Notes: generated by a model not told the origin, from the letters alone. A stretch of DNA of 40,000 bases from an uncultured Thermoleophilaceae bacterium (GCA_963772945.1 CAVYZJ010000005.1:674596-714595), one strand, 5' to 3'. Positions 24,153-31,875 are shown, counted from the first letter of the stretch. Numbers and translations: made by a program.

Positions 24153-24587
24153 GTGGCCGATATTGCGGAGGCCTTGGACAGGCAGAACGGGGCGACGCTG
24201 GGTCGAATGCTCGGGCGCGGAACCATCGGAGAGGCCGAGGAGTCGGGCGGCACGATGCGTGCCACGGTGCGGATCCCGGAGGACGAGCTGGTCTATGAGC
24301 CCGGAGTACTCGTCCTGCCCCACGGGGGCGTGCTCGAGCTCACGCTCATCAACGACGACAAGAACACGCACTGCGCTGTCCTGCCGAGCAATGGGGACAC
24401 CCAGTTCATCTGGCTGGTCAACCACTCAAAGGGCACGGCAACTCTCGAGCTCGACGGGCCAGGGTACTACTGGTACGGCTCCACGACCGGCAACGACGAG
24501 GGCCGGGGCCTCACCGGCGCGATCGTTGTGAGCGGTGACGTACCGGACGAGGCTCGCCTCGACCGCCCGCCCCAACCCCAGCCGTAG
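24153..24587 (+). CDS. Small soluble cupredoxin-like protein lacking the canonical copper ligands; PQQ-dehydrogenase-associated (MSMEG_3727-like by recollection)
   Basis: SD GGGAGGAG (24141-24148) lies 4 nt upstream of GTG 24153. The beta-sandwich pattern is VLVLPHGGVLELTLINDDKNTHC ... GPGYYWYGSTTGNDEGRGLTGAIVV. It sits immediately upstream of the PQQ dehydrogenase on the same strand. Confidence 0.6.
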   Translation: MADIAEALDRQNGATLGRMLGRGTIGEAEESGGTMRATVRIPEDELVYEPGVLVLPHGGVLELTLINDDKNTHCAVLPSNGDTQFIWLVNHSKGTATLELDGPGYYWYGSTTGNDEGRGLTGAIVVSGDVPDEARLDRPPQPQP

Positions 24588-24623
24588 ACCGCCCGCCACG
24601 CTCACCGTCGAAAGGAGTACTCG

Positions 24624-26318
24624 ATGGCAACCGAGTACGTAGACGCAGGAAGCGCCATCCCCTACGCAACCCTGAGCACGTCGGTCGGCAAGGCGCCGCC
24701 GGTCGCCCAGGGTGTCACCTACGAGCGGATCTTGGGCGCCCGTGACGAACCGAACAACTGGCTGACCTATTACGGCGCCTACAACGGGCAGCGCTACAGC
24801 GCGCTCGACCAGATCAACGCGGAGAACGTCGGGCAACTCACTCCGCAGTGGGTGTTCCAGGCCGGCAATACCGCACTGCGCTCGGGCGCGACGACGTACG
24901 CGTGGGAGGCCTCGCCGCTCGTCGTGGACGGAGTCATGTTCGTCTCCGGCTGGGACGGCCAGTGCTGGGCCCTCGACGCGACGAACGGGCAGGAGCTGTG
25001 GCGCTACAGGCACGCGTCCCCGTTCGACGTGTCGCTGTGCTGCGGCAACGTCAACCGCGGGGTCGCCGTCGCCGAGGGGAAGGTCTTCATGACCACCCTC
25101 AACGCTCATGTGATCGCGCTCGACGCCGAGACCGGCAAGAAGATCTGGGACAAGCCGTTCGGCGATGTGCGGGCCGGCGAGAGCGCCACCGTCGCTCCCC
25201 TGGTCGTGAAGGACATGGTCATCGTCGGGAGCTCCGGCGGCGAGTTCGGGGTGCGCGGCCACACCGACGCGTTCAATCGCGAGACCGGCGAGCACGTGTG
25301 GCGGTGCTACATGATTCCGAAGCCCGGAGAGCCGGGCTCCGACACCTGGCCCGCGGACGGCGAGGCGTGGCAGCGGGGCGGCGCGAACTGTTGGGTCACG
25401 CCTACCTATGACCCGGACCTGAACCTCCTGTACTACGGGACCGGCAATCCGTGTCCCGACTTCGACGGAGGGGTCCGTGAGGGCGACAACCTCTTCACCG
25501 ATTCCGGTGTCGCCGTGGACGCCGACACCGGCGAGATCAAGTCGCACTTCCAGTACACCCCGCACGACCTGTGGGACTACGACTCCGTGATGGAGCACCT
25601 CCTGTTCGACCTCGATGGGCAGAAGCTGGCGGCCCACTTCGACAAGAACGGGTTCCTCTACATCCTGGATCGCACGGATATGTCGCCGGTCCGGGTGGCG
25701 CCGTTCGTCGACCGCATCGATTGGGGCGAGGTCGACGAGAAGGGCAACGTGACGCCGAAGGTCTACCCCGACAAGGAGGGCGACCCGGTGCACTTCTGGC
25801 CGGGCCCGGCCGGCGCCAAGGAGTGGACGCACGCGTGCTACAGCCCGGATACCGAGCTGCTGTACGTCCCGGTGCAGGACGTGGGCGCGACAGCCACGCG
25901 GCGGCGCAGGGAGTTCAAGGAGAGCATCCCGTACTGGGGCGCGGGCGTCGCCGTGGACGGCGACGACCAGACCGGGTACGTGAGCGCCTACGACCCGCGT
26001 ACGGGCCAGGAGCGCTGGCGCTGGACCAGCCCAAAGGACCTGTGCATGTGCTCGTCGCTGCTGGCCACGGGTGGCAACCTCGTGTGGGGAGGCGAGCCCA
26101 GCGGGGAGTTCAACGCGTGGAACGCCGAGAGCGGTGACCTGCTGTGGCAGTTCCAGTGCGGCAGCGGCCACCACTCGAGCCCGTCGACCTACAGCGTCGA
26201 CGGACGGCAGTACGTCGTCGCGCCGGCCGGCTGGGGCGGTTGGGCCGAGGGATTCCTGCCCAAGATGCTCGGATCGTCCCACGGCAGCGCGCTGTTCGCC
26301 TTCGCACTGCCGGAGTAA
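24624..26318 (+). CDS. PQQ-dependent dehydrogenase, methanol/ethanol family, XoxF-like (predicted lanthanide type)
   Basis: The 564-aa protein has the vicinal Cys pair in SLCCGNVNRG, metal Glu in GESATVAPL, metal Asn in GGANCW, and catalytic plus extra Asp in HDLWDYD. It also has repeated propeller W motifs. SD AAAGGAG lies 6 nt upstream of the ATG. Confidence 0.92.
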   Translation: MATEYVDAGSAIPYATLSTSVGKAPPVAQGVTYERILGARDEPNNWLTYYGAYNGQRYSALDQINAENVGQLTPQWVFQAGNTALRSGATTYAWEASPLVVDGVMFVSGWDGQCWALDATNGQELWRYRHASPFDVSLCCGNVNRGVAVAEGKVFMTTLNAHVIALDAETGKKIWDKPFGDVRAGESATVAPLVVKDMVIVGSSGGEFGVRGHTDAFNRETGEHVWRCYMIPKPGEPGSDTWPADGEAWQRGGANCWVTPTYDPDLNLLYYGTGNPCPDFDGGVREGDNLFTDSGVAVDADTGEIKSHFQYTPHDLWDYDSVMEHLLFDLDGQKLAAHFDKNGFLYILDRTDMSPVRVAPFVDRIDWGEVDEKGNVTPKVYPDKEGDPVHFWPGPAGAKEWTHACYSPDTELLYVPVQDVGATATRRRREFKESIPYWGAGVAVDGDDQTGYVSAYDPRTGQERWRWTSPKDLCMCSSLLATGGNLVWGGEPSGEFNAWNAESGDLLWQFQCGSGHHSSPSTYSVDGRQYVVAPAGWGGWAEGFLPKMLGSSHGSALFAFALPE

Positions 26319-26339
26319 CGGCAACACCTGAAGATGCGG

Positions 26340-26365
26340 GGGCCGGCCGCCCTGGCGGCCGGCCC
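26340..26365. terminator. GC-rich hairpin between convergent genes (candidate bidirectional terminator)
   Basis: GGGCCGGCCGC(26340-26350) pairs perfectly with GCGGCCGGCCC(26355-26365), giving a 10-11 bp stem with a 4-6 nt loop. It lies 22 nt after the dehydrogenase stop and 29 nt after the reconstructed CaCA stop. There is no U-tract. Confidence 0.5.
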
Positions 26366-26393
26366 TCACCGTGTTCCAGACGGCGGCCCCGCC

Positions 26394-27511
26394 TCAGTCG
26401 GCCTCGACCGGAGCGCCTCCGTACACGATGTAGCTGATCACCCAGTACGCGATGTACAGACCCAGCAGGGCGTAGCCGTGCCATCGCTTCAGCTGGCCGG
26501 TGTAGAGGAAGCAGCGCGGCGACGGCGGTGATGACGACGAGCGCCGGCAGGTGCCACTTGAGCACGTTCGAGGCGACCGTGACGCTGCCGCCCGGCGACG
26601 ACGATGATGCCGAGCTTCCCCGTGACCGTGAAGATGAGGCTCCCGATGACGTTGCCGACCCCGATCTCCGGCACACCCCTGCGGATGGGCTCCACGGTCA
26701 GAAAGAGGTCTTCGATCGTCAGCAGGGCGGTGATGATGGTCGCACCGAACACGGTGCCCTCGAGCCCGTACTCCTCGAGGATGCCCTCGGTTCCGGTGCT
26801 CACGGTCGCGGCGCCGATGACGATCCCGGCGAGCGCGATGACCGCCAGCCCGAGACTAGGCCAGCCAGGGTGCCTGAGCCCGGTGCCGAACGGCATCATC
26901 GCGGCGACGGCCTCCTCCCGGTCCGGGACCGGCGAGTGCTCCTCGGCCTGCAGTTCCGCCGCCTCGTCATAGACCTCCAGGTTGCGGAACGTCGGGGTCT
27001 CCCGCTTGACCTCCCGGACGGTGACGTACGCGACGAACAGCGCGAACAGCCCGATCAGCACCACCCCCTCAGCGACGCTGATCGGTTCGGCCAGCGCGAA
27101 CACGAGCATTATGAGCGGCGCGGCGGCGAAGATGACGATGTAGTCGCGCGGAACGTTCACCTTGGTCGGCGTGAGGATGGCGCCGAGCGCGAGCACGACT
27201 CCGCTGAACGCGACCGCCGTCCCCAACACCAAGCCAAGCGCGACACCCTCGAGCTCTTCGAGCTGCAGCGCGACTCCCAGAACGATGTCGTCGAACTCGA
27301 TCCCCGTGAACACGATCGCGAGCAGGAAGAGAGAGATCTTGAGCCCGCTCGCCGCCCCGACCAGGGCGTCGATCAGTCGCTCGGCGCTGTACACCAACAG
27401 CACCGCTCCGGAGATGAAGACGAATACGGACTCCAACCAGATCCCCCTCTTGTGCGCGCGGCACCGCGGCGTCCACCGGGCCCCCAAGCGCGGCCGACCT
27501 GCTTCCGTCAC
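26394..27511 (-). pseudogene. Na+/Ca2+ exchanger (CaCA) superfamily membrane protein with two apparent frameshifts in the 3' end
   Basis: The body is polytopic with alpha-repeat-like segments (FTGIEFDDIVLGV; VPEIGVGNVIGSLIF). After GKLGIIVV the sensible sequence continues in a second frame (GGSVTVASNVLKWHLPALVVITAVAALL). It then continues in a third frame (FLYTGQLKRWHGYALLGLYIAYWVISYIVYGGAPVEAD, stop 26394-26396). The likely start is TTG 27436 (MESVFVFISG...) rather than GTG 27511. Confidence 0.55.
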
Positions 27512-27583
27512 TCCTCCCGCGAGGCCCTCGACTCGGGTCGGGAGTCTAAGTCAACGCCAGCATGAGGCGTCAGCCGATCGTCG

Positions 27584-28174
27584 TCAGCCGTCGGCCCCGT
27601 CGACCGCGCGCAGGGAGGGCCTGGCGTCCGACGTGGACTCGTCGAGCTCCGCGGACAGGGCTTCGCTCTCGAAACGGGCGAGCGCCTCCTCGCATGACGC
27701 GACGGCCGCGGCGGCCTCCTCACCCCCGGGCGCGTCGAAGTAGTCGCGCGCGCGGATCGCGGCGAGCCACTTCTGGTGGCGGGCAAGGTCGACATCGGAC
27801 TCCTCGAGCTCGGTGTACGTCGCCCGGCCGCGGCGGCGCTCCTGCTCGAGCTCCTCGCGGAACTGCCGCGTGCGCTCGACCAGCTCGCGGTACTCATCGG
27901 CCCGCTCGCGCTGCATCGCGTCGATGACCGCGGCCTCCTGCCTTGCGTCTGTCAGCTGGATGCGAAGCATCTCGCCGCGGCCGCCCTCCGCGCGCAGGCG
28001 CGTCACGAGCCGCGTCGTGGCCCGCGTGGTCTTCGGCGTCGCCGGGAGCACGCACACCGATTGCTGCAGGTAGTGGGCGCCAAGCCGGCGCAGGTTGCGC
28101 CAGGCGTAGACGCGGAGCGTCGACGAGCCGCCGCCCGGCGTGGAGACCGTGATCAGCAACCAGTCACGTGCCAC
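27584..28174 (-). CDS. ChrB-like (chromate-resistance ChrB N-terminal domain) protein, possible regulator
   Basis: WLLITVSTPGGGSSTLRVYAWRNLRRLGAHYLQQSVCVLP matches the ChrB N-domain pattern. It is followed by a charged helical tail. I chose in-frame GTG 28174. The remaining 736 upstream codons of the 932-aa track ORF are antisense to the ATPase. Confidence 0.6.
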   Translation of the reverse strand: MARDWLLITVSTPGGGSSTLRVYAWRNLRRLGAHYLQQSVCVLPATPKTTRATTRLVTRLRAEGGRGEMLRIQLTDARQEAAVIDAMQRERADEYRELVERTRQFREELEQERRRGRATYTELEESDVDLARHQKWLAAIRARDYFDAPGGEEAAAAVASCEEALARFESEALSAELDESTSDARPSLRAVDGADG

Positions 28175-28193
28175 GTAGGACCATGATTCCAGA

Positions 28194-28214
28194 CGCGCAG
28201 TTCCGGGTTGCGCG
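28194..28214. promoter_or_regulatory. Inverted repeat CGCGCA-N9-TGCGCG in the ChrB-like/ATPase divergent intergenic region (candidate operator)
   Basis: The arms are a perfect 6-bp match (28194-28199 and 28209-28214). They lie in the 60-nt gap between the two divergent start codons. Function is inferred only from position. Confidence 0.25.
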
Positions 28215-28234
28215 GTCGACGTATCATTCGTTTC

Positions 28235-30757
28235 ATGGCGAGCGCAACGCCGGCGTCGCGTCCCGCCGATGGGGCGCCGGCCGTCCCGGTCCACGCAGAG
28301 CCGCTCGCGGCCCTGTGGGAGCGGGCCGGCAGTCGCCCGGGCGGGCTGACGTCCGAGGAGGTCGAGCAGCGGCGCGGCACAGCGGCGGTGCGGACCGAGG
28401 GCAGCCAGACGATGGCGGTTCTCGGGGAGGTGGTCGAGGCGGTCATGGAGCCCCTCCAGCTGCTGCTGGTCGCGGTCGGCGTGCTCTCGGCGATCTTCGG
28501 GGAGCTGCGCGACGCGATCGCGATCTTCGCGATCATCGCGCTGGTCAGCGCGGTCGAGGCGATCTCCGAGGTGCGGGCCAAGCGCGCGCTTCGGGCGCTG
28601 CGCGACCTCAGCGCCCCCAACGCGCTCGTTCGGCGCGCTGGCTCCGTGGCCGCAATCCCGGTCGATACGCTCGTCATCGGCGACGTGCTGCTCGTCGAGG
28701 CCGGCAGCGTCGTGGCCGCCGACGCCCGCGTCGTCGAGGCCGACGGCCTGGCCACGGATGAGTCGCGGCTGACGGGCGAGCCTGTGGCGGCCGCCAAGGG
28801 ACCCGACCCGGTGGCTGCCGACGCGCCGCTCGCCGAGCGGTCCTCGGTGCTGCACGCCGGCAGTGCCGTCGTGTCCGGAGCCGGCGAGGGCCTCGTCGTC
28901 GCTGTGGGCCCGAACACCGAGATCGGGCGTCTTGGGCGGCTCGTCGCGGAGGCCAGGGAGCCGCCCACGCCGCTTCAACGTGCGATGGCCGAGCTGGCGC
29001 GTGCGGCGCTCATCGTGGCGGTTACGGCGTGCGTGGTCGTGCCCCTCGTCGGCGTGCTCCGCGGCCAGCCCGCCCGCGAGATGCTGCTCAACGGGCTGAC
29101 GCTCGCGTTCGCCACGATCCCCGAGGAGCTGCCGATCCTCGTCACCGTGCTGGTGGCGATCGGCGGCCTGCGCCTGGCGCAGCACGGCGTTCTCCTGCGC
29201 CGGCTGCGCGCCGCCGAGGCCGTGGGCGCGATGACCGTGCTGCTCGCCGACAAGACCGGGACGCTGACCGAGAACCGGCTGCTGATCGAGCGCATCGACG
29301 GCGACCGCGAGCACGTGCTGACCGTCGCCGCCGCGGCGCACGGAACGGCGGCCGCACAGGACCCGGTCGATCGCGCGCTGGTGGAGGCCGCCGACGAACG
29401 CGTGTCGAGCGAGCGGCCGGCGCGGAATCCGTTCGACCCGGTGCGCCGGCGCGAGAGCGCGGTGTGGTGCGAGGCCGACGGCGCGTGGGTGGCTGTGAAG
29501 GGCGCACCGGAAGCCGTGCTCGAGGCGTGCGCGATGTCCGAGGCGGACCGGGCATCCGTGCTCGAGCGCGTCGGGCGGCTCGCGGACGACGGGCTGCGGG
29601 TGATCGCCGTGGCGGAGCGTCGCGTCGCCGCGGTTCCCGGCGGTGCCGCCGACGCCGAGACGGACCTCGCATTCGTCGGGCTGGCCGCCTTCCGCGATCC
29701 GTTGCGCCCCGGGGTGGGCGATGCCGTGGCCGAGCTCGCCCATGCGGGCGTGCGGACGATCGTCGTCAGCGGCGACCACCCCGAAACGGTGGCCGCGACC
29801 GCGCGCGAGGCCGGGGTCAACGTTCCCGAGGTCATGCACGGCGGCGCACCGCTCGACGCGCTCGACGACGACGAGCTCGCCGAGCGGCTGCGCGGCGAGG
29901 CCGTGATCGCCCGTGCCACGCCCGAGGACAAGCTGCGGCTCGTGCGGGTCCTCCAGGACAGCGGAGAGGCCGTCGCCGTCACCGGCGACGGCGTGAACGA
30001 CGCGCCCGCCCTCGCCGCGGCGAACGTCGGGATCGCGATGGGCGCGCGCGGGACCGATCTCGCCCGCGAGGCGTCCGATCTCGTCCTCGTCGACGACGCC
30101 TACCCGACGATCGTCGGCGCCGTCGAGGGCGGTCGCGGCCTGGCCTCCCAGCTCCGGCGGGCGGTCGCGTTCTACCTCGGCGCCAAGATCGCGCTCGTCG
30201 TGGTCATCGCCGTGCCGCTGGGGCTGGGGCTCCCCGCCCCGTTCCACCCGGTCCACATCGTCATCCTGGAGCTGTTCATGGACGTAGGCGCGTCGGTGGC
30301 CTTCGTCTCCGAGCCACCGGCGCCGGGCGCGATGGACCACCCCCCGCGCGATCCAGCGCGGCGGTTCCTCGACGACACGCAACTGTCCGCCATCGCACTA
30401 ACGGCCGTGGCGCTTACGGCCGCGGTTCTTCCGACGTTCCTCTTCGTCCACGCCCGGTGGGGCACCGACATGGCGATCGCGGCCGCCGTGGCCGGTTGGC
30501 TCGTCGCGAACGTGGCGATCGCGTGGACGCTGCGCGCCCGGCCGGGTCTGGCCTGGAGGAGCAACGTCGCGTTCCCGGCGTGGGCGCTGATCGCCGTCGC
30601 CAGCGCGGCGATGCTGTCCCTCACCGCGGCGGGGGCCACGCTCGGCGTGGACCCGCTCACCGCCGAAGCGGCGGGTATCACCGTCGGCGTCGCGGCGGCC
30701 GGGGTCGCCCTCGCCGCCGCAGCGCGCGTCGCGCTGTCGCTCTCCCGGCGTCTCTGA
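28235..30757 (+). CDS. Cation-transporting P-type ATPase, P2 (Ca2+/Mg2+-like) type
   Basis: Motifs present are the N-terminal cation-ATPase domain (LTSEEVEQRR), the A-domain TGE motif (ESRLTGEP), TM4 IPEELP, the phosphorylation site LADKTGTLT, and the hinge VTGDGVNDAPALAAANVGIAMG. I prefer ATG 28235 to the track TTG 28208. Confidence 0.9.
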   Translation: MASATPASRPADGAPAVPVHAEPLAALWERAGSRPGGLTSEEVEQRRGTAAVRTEGSQTMAVLGEVVEAVMEPLQLLLVAVGVLSAIFGELRDAIAIFAIIALVSAVEAISEVRAKRALRALRDLSAPNALVRRAGSVAAIPVDTLVIGDVLLVEAGSVVAADARVVEADGLATDESRLTGEPVAAAKGPDPVAADAPLAERSSVLHAGSAVVSGAGEGLVVAVGPNTEIGRLGRLVAEAREPPTPLQRAMAELARAALIVAVTACVVVPLVGVLRGQPAREMLLNGLTLAFATIPEELPILVTVLVAIGGLRLAQHGVLLRRLRAAEAVGAMTVLLADKTGTLTENRLLIERIDGDREHVLTVAAAAHGTAAAQDPVDRALVEAADERVSSERPARNPFDPVRRRESAVWCEADGAWVAVKGAPEAVLEACAMSEADRASVLERVGRLADDGLRVIAVAERRVAAVPGGAADAETDLAFVGLAAFRDPLRPGVGDAVAELAHAGVRTIVVSGDHPETVAATAREAGVNVPEVMHGGAPLDALDDDELAERLRGEAVIARATPEDKLRLVRVLQDSGEAVAVTGDGVNDAPALAAANVGIAMGARGTDLAREASDLVLVDDAYPTIVGAVEGGRGLASQLRRAVAFYLGAKIALVVVIAVPLGLGLPAPFHPVHIVILELFMDVGASVAFVSEPPAPGAMDHPPRDPARRFLDDTQLSAIALTAVALTAAVLPTFLFVHARWGTDMAIAAAVAGWLVANVAIAWTLRARPGLAWRSNVAFPAWALIAVASAAMLSLTAAGATLGVDPLTAEAAGITVGVAAAGVALAAAARVALSLSRRL

Positions 30758-30849
30758 CGCCGGTCCCCGACTGGGTTGGCGGCGACAACTCCGGTGCCGC
30801 AATCGTTCGATACAGTACGGCGCTCTTGTACCCGAGAGGGAGGCGGCGT

Positions 30850-30924
30850 ATGAAGTGGATCAAGCCTGAGTTCGAGATCATGGATCTCTGCACCGAGGTC
30901 ACCCTCTACCTGTACAACCGGTAG
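30850..30924 (+). CDS. pqqA: PQQ precursor peptide PqqA (24 aa)
   Basis: The peptide MKWIKPEFEIMDLCTEVTLYLYNR contains the conserved E-x3-Y cross-link pair (EVTLY) and the ...NR C-terminus. SD GAGGGAGG (30836-30843) lies 6 nt upstream of the ATG. It sits directly upstream of pqqB. It is not an ORF-track entry of its own, but it shares frame and stop (30924) with the 631-aa track ORF 29029..30924, which is spurious upstream. Confidence 0.88.
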   Translation: MKWIKPEFEIMDLCTEVTLYLYNR

Positions 30925-30929
30925 TCAAG

Positions 30930-30958
30930 AGCCCACAGCGGGCGCGGCCCCGAGGGCT
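30930..30958 (+). other. Imperfect stem-loop directly after pqqA (possible attenuator/transcript-stabilising hairpin)
   Basis: AGCCC(30930-30934) pairs with GGGCT(30954-30958). An inner stem pairs CGGG(30939-30942) with CCCG(30949-30952), with a small internal loop. Comparable pqqA-proximal hairpins are described in other PQQ producers. Confidence 0.25.
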
Positions 30959-30966
30959 GCGTCCCG

Positions 30967-31875
30967 GTGGTGCTACACGTGCGAGTTCGAATTCTGGGCT
31001 CGGCCGCGGGCGGGGGGTTTCCGCAATGGAACTGCCATTGCGAAACGTGTGAGGCCGCGCGTGCCGGTGAAGGCGCGCGCCCTCGAACGCAGTCGTCGCT
31101 GGCAATTCGTGGCGGCGAGGGGCCGTGGTTTCTCGTAAACGCCTCGCCTGACGCGCGCCAGCAGCTCGAGGCGCTCGAACCGCAGCGGGCCGACGGTGTC
31201 CGCGCGCCGCCGATCGCAGGCGTGCTTCTGACCGACGCGGAGATCGACCACACAGCGGGGCTCCTGCTCCTGCGCGAGTCGGCGACGCCGGTGCGCGTGT
31301 TCGGCGCCGAGGCCGTCAAGCTGGCGCTGACGCGCGGGTACCCGGTGCTGACAATGCTCGAGCGCTATTGCGGGGCCGTGTGGGAAACGCTGGAACCGGA
31401 GCAGGCGAGACCGCTCGCGGGGTCGAGCCTTACGGTCGAGCCGTTCGAGACCGGCGGCGATGCGCCGCGTTACCTGGAAGGGTCGGACGTCGAGCTTGAG
31501 GCGAGCGGGTTTGTGTTTCGCGACACAGCGAGCGGCGGCGTCGTGACCTACGTCCCCGGTCTGGCCCGGTTGGACAATGACGTGCTGGCCCGGTTCGCCG
31601 AAAGCGACCTCGTGCTCGTCGACGGGACCTTCTGGCGCGACGACGAGCTCGCCCGGCTGGGCATCTCGGAGCGCAGCGCCCATGACATGGGACATGTGCC
31701 GCTCTCGGGCCCCGGCGGGACGCTCGAGGCCCTCGAGGGGCTGGACGGACCGCGCAAGGTGCTGGTCCACATCAACAACACGAACCCGATTCTCCTCGAG
31801 GACTCCCCTGAGCGGGAGGCCGTGCTCCGGGCGGACGTCGAGGTTGCCTACGATGGCCTCGGGTTCGAGCTATGA
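30967..31875 (+). CDS. pqqB: PQQ biosynthesis protein B (metallo-beta-lactamase fold)
   Basis: ILGSAAGGGFPQWNCHCETCEAAR is the PqqB N-terminal signature, and IDHTAGLLLLRE follows later. The start is GTG, among 30967/30970/30979. Confidence 0.9.
   Translation: MVLHVRVRILGSAAGGGFPQWNCHCETCEAARAGEGARPRTQSSLAIRGGEGPWFLVNASPDARQQLEALEPQRADGVRAPPIAGVLLTDAEIDHTAGLLLLRESATPVRVFGAEAVKLALTRGYPVLTMLERYCGAVWETLEPEQARPLAGSSLTVEPFETGGDAPRYLEGSDVELEASGFVFRDTASGGVVTYVPGLARLDNDVLARFAESDLVLVDGTFWRDDELARLGISERSAHDMGHVPLSGPGGTLEALEGLDGPRKVLVHINNTNPILLEDSPEREAVLRADVEVAYDGLGFEL

Noticed and set aside
24426-26369. 647-aa minus-strand ORF opposite the PQQ dehydrogenase
   Set aside because: It is antisense to a gene with unmistakable PQQ-dehydrogenase motifs and a good SD. 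Its product is low-complexity (R/A/G/V/P/H) and runs through the terminator hairpin.
26480-26610. Programmed ribosomal frameshifting as an explanation for the three-frame CaCA 3' end
   Set aside because: Two successive shifts are needed, and there is no slippery heptamer or downstream structure at either site. Indels (decay or sequencing error) are the simpler explanation.
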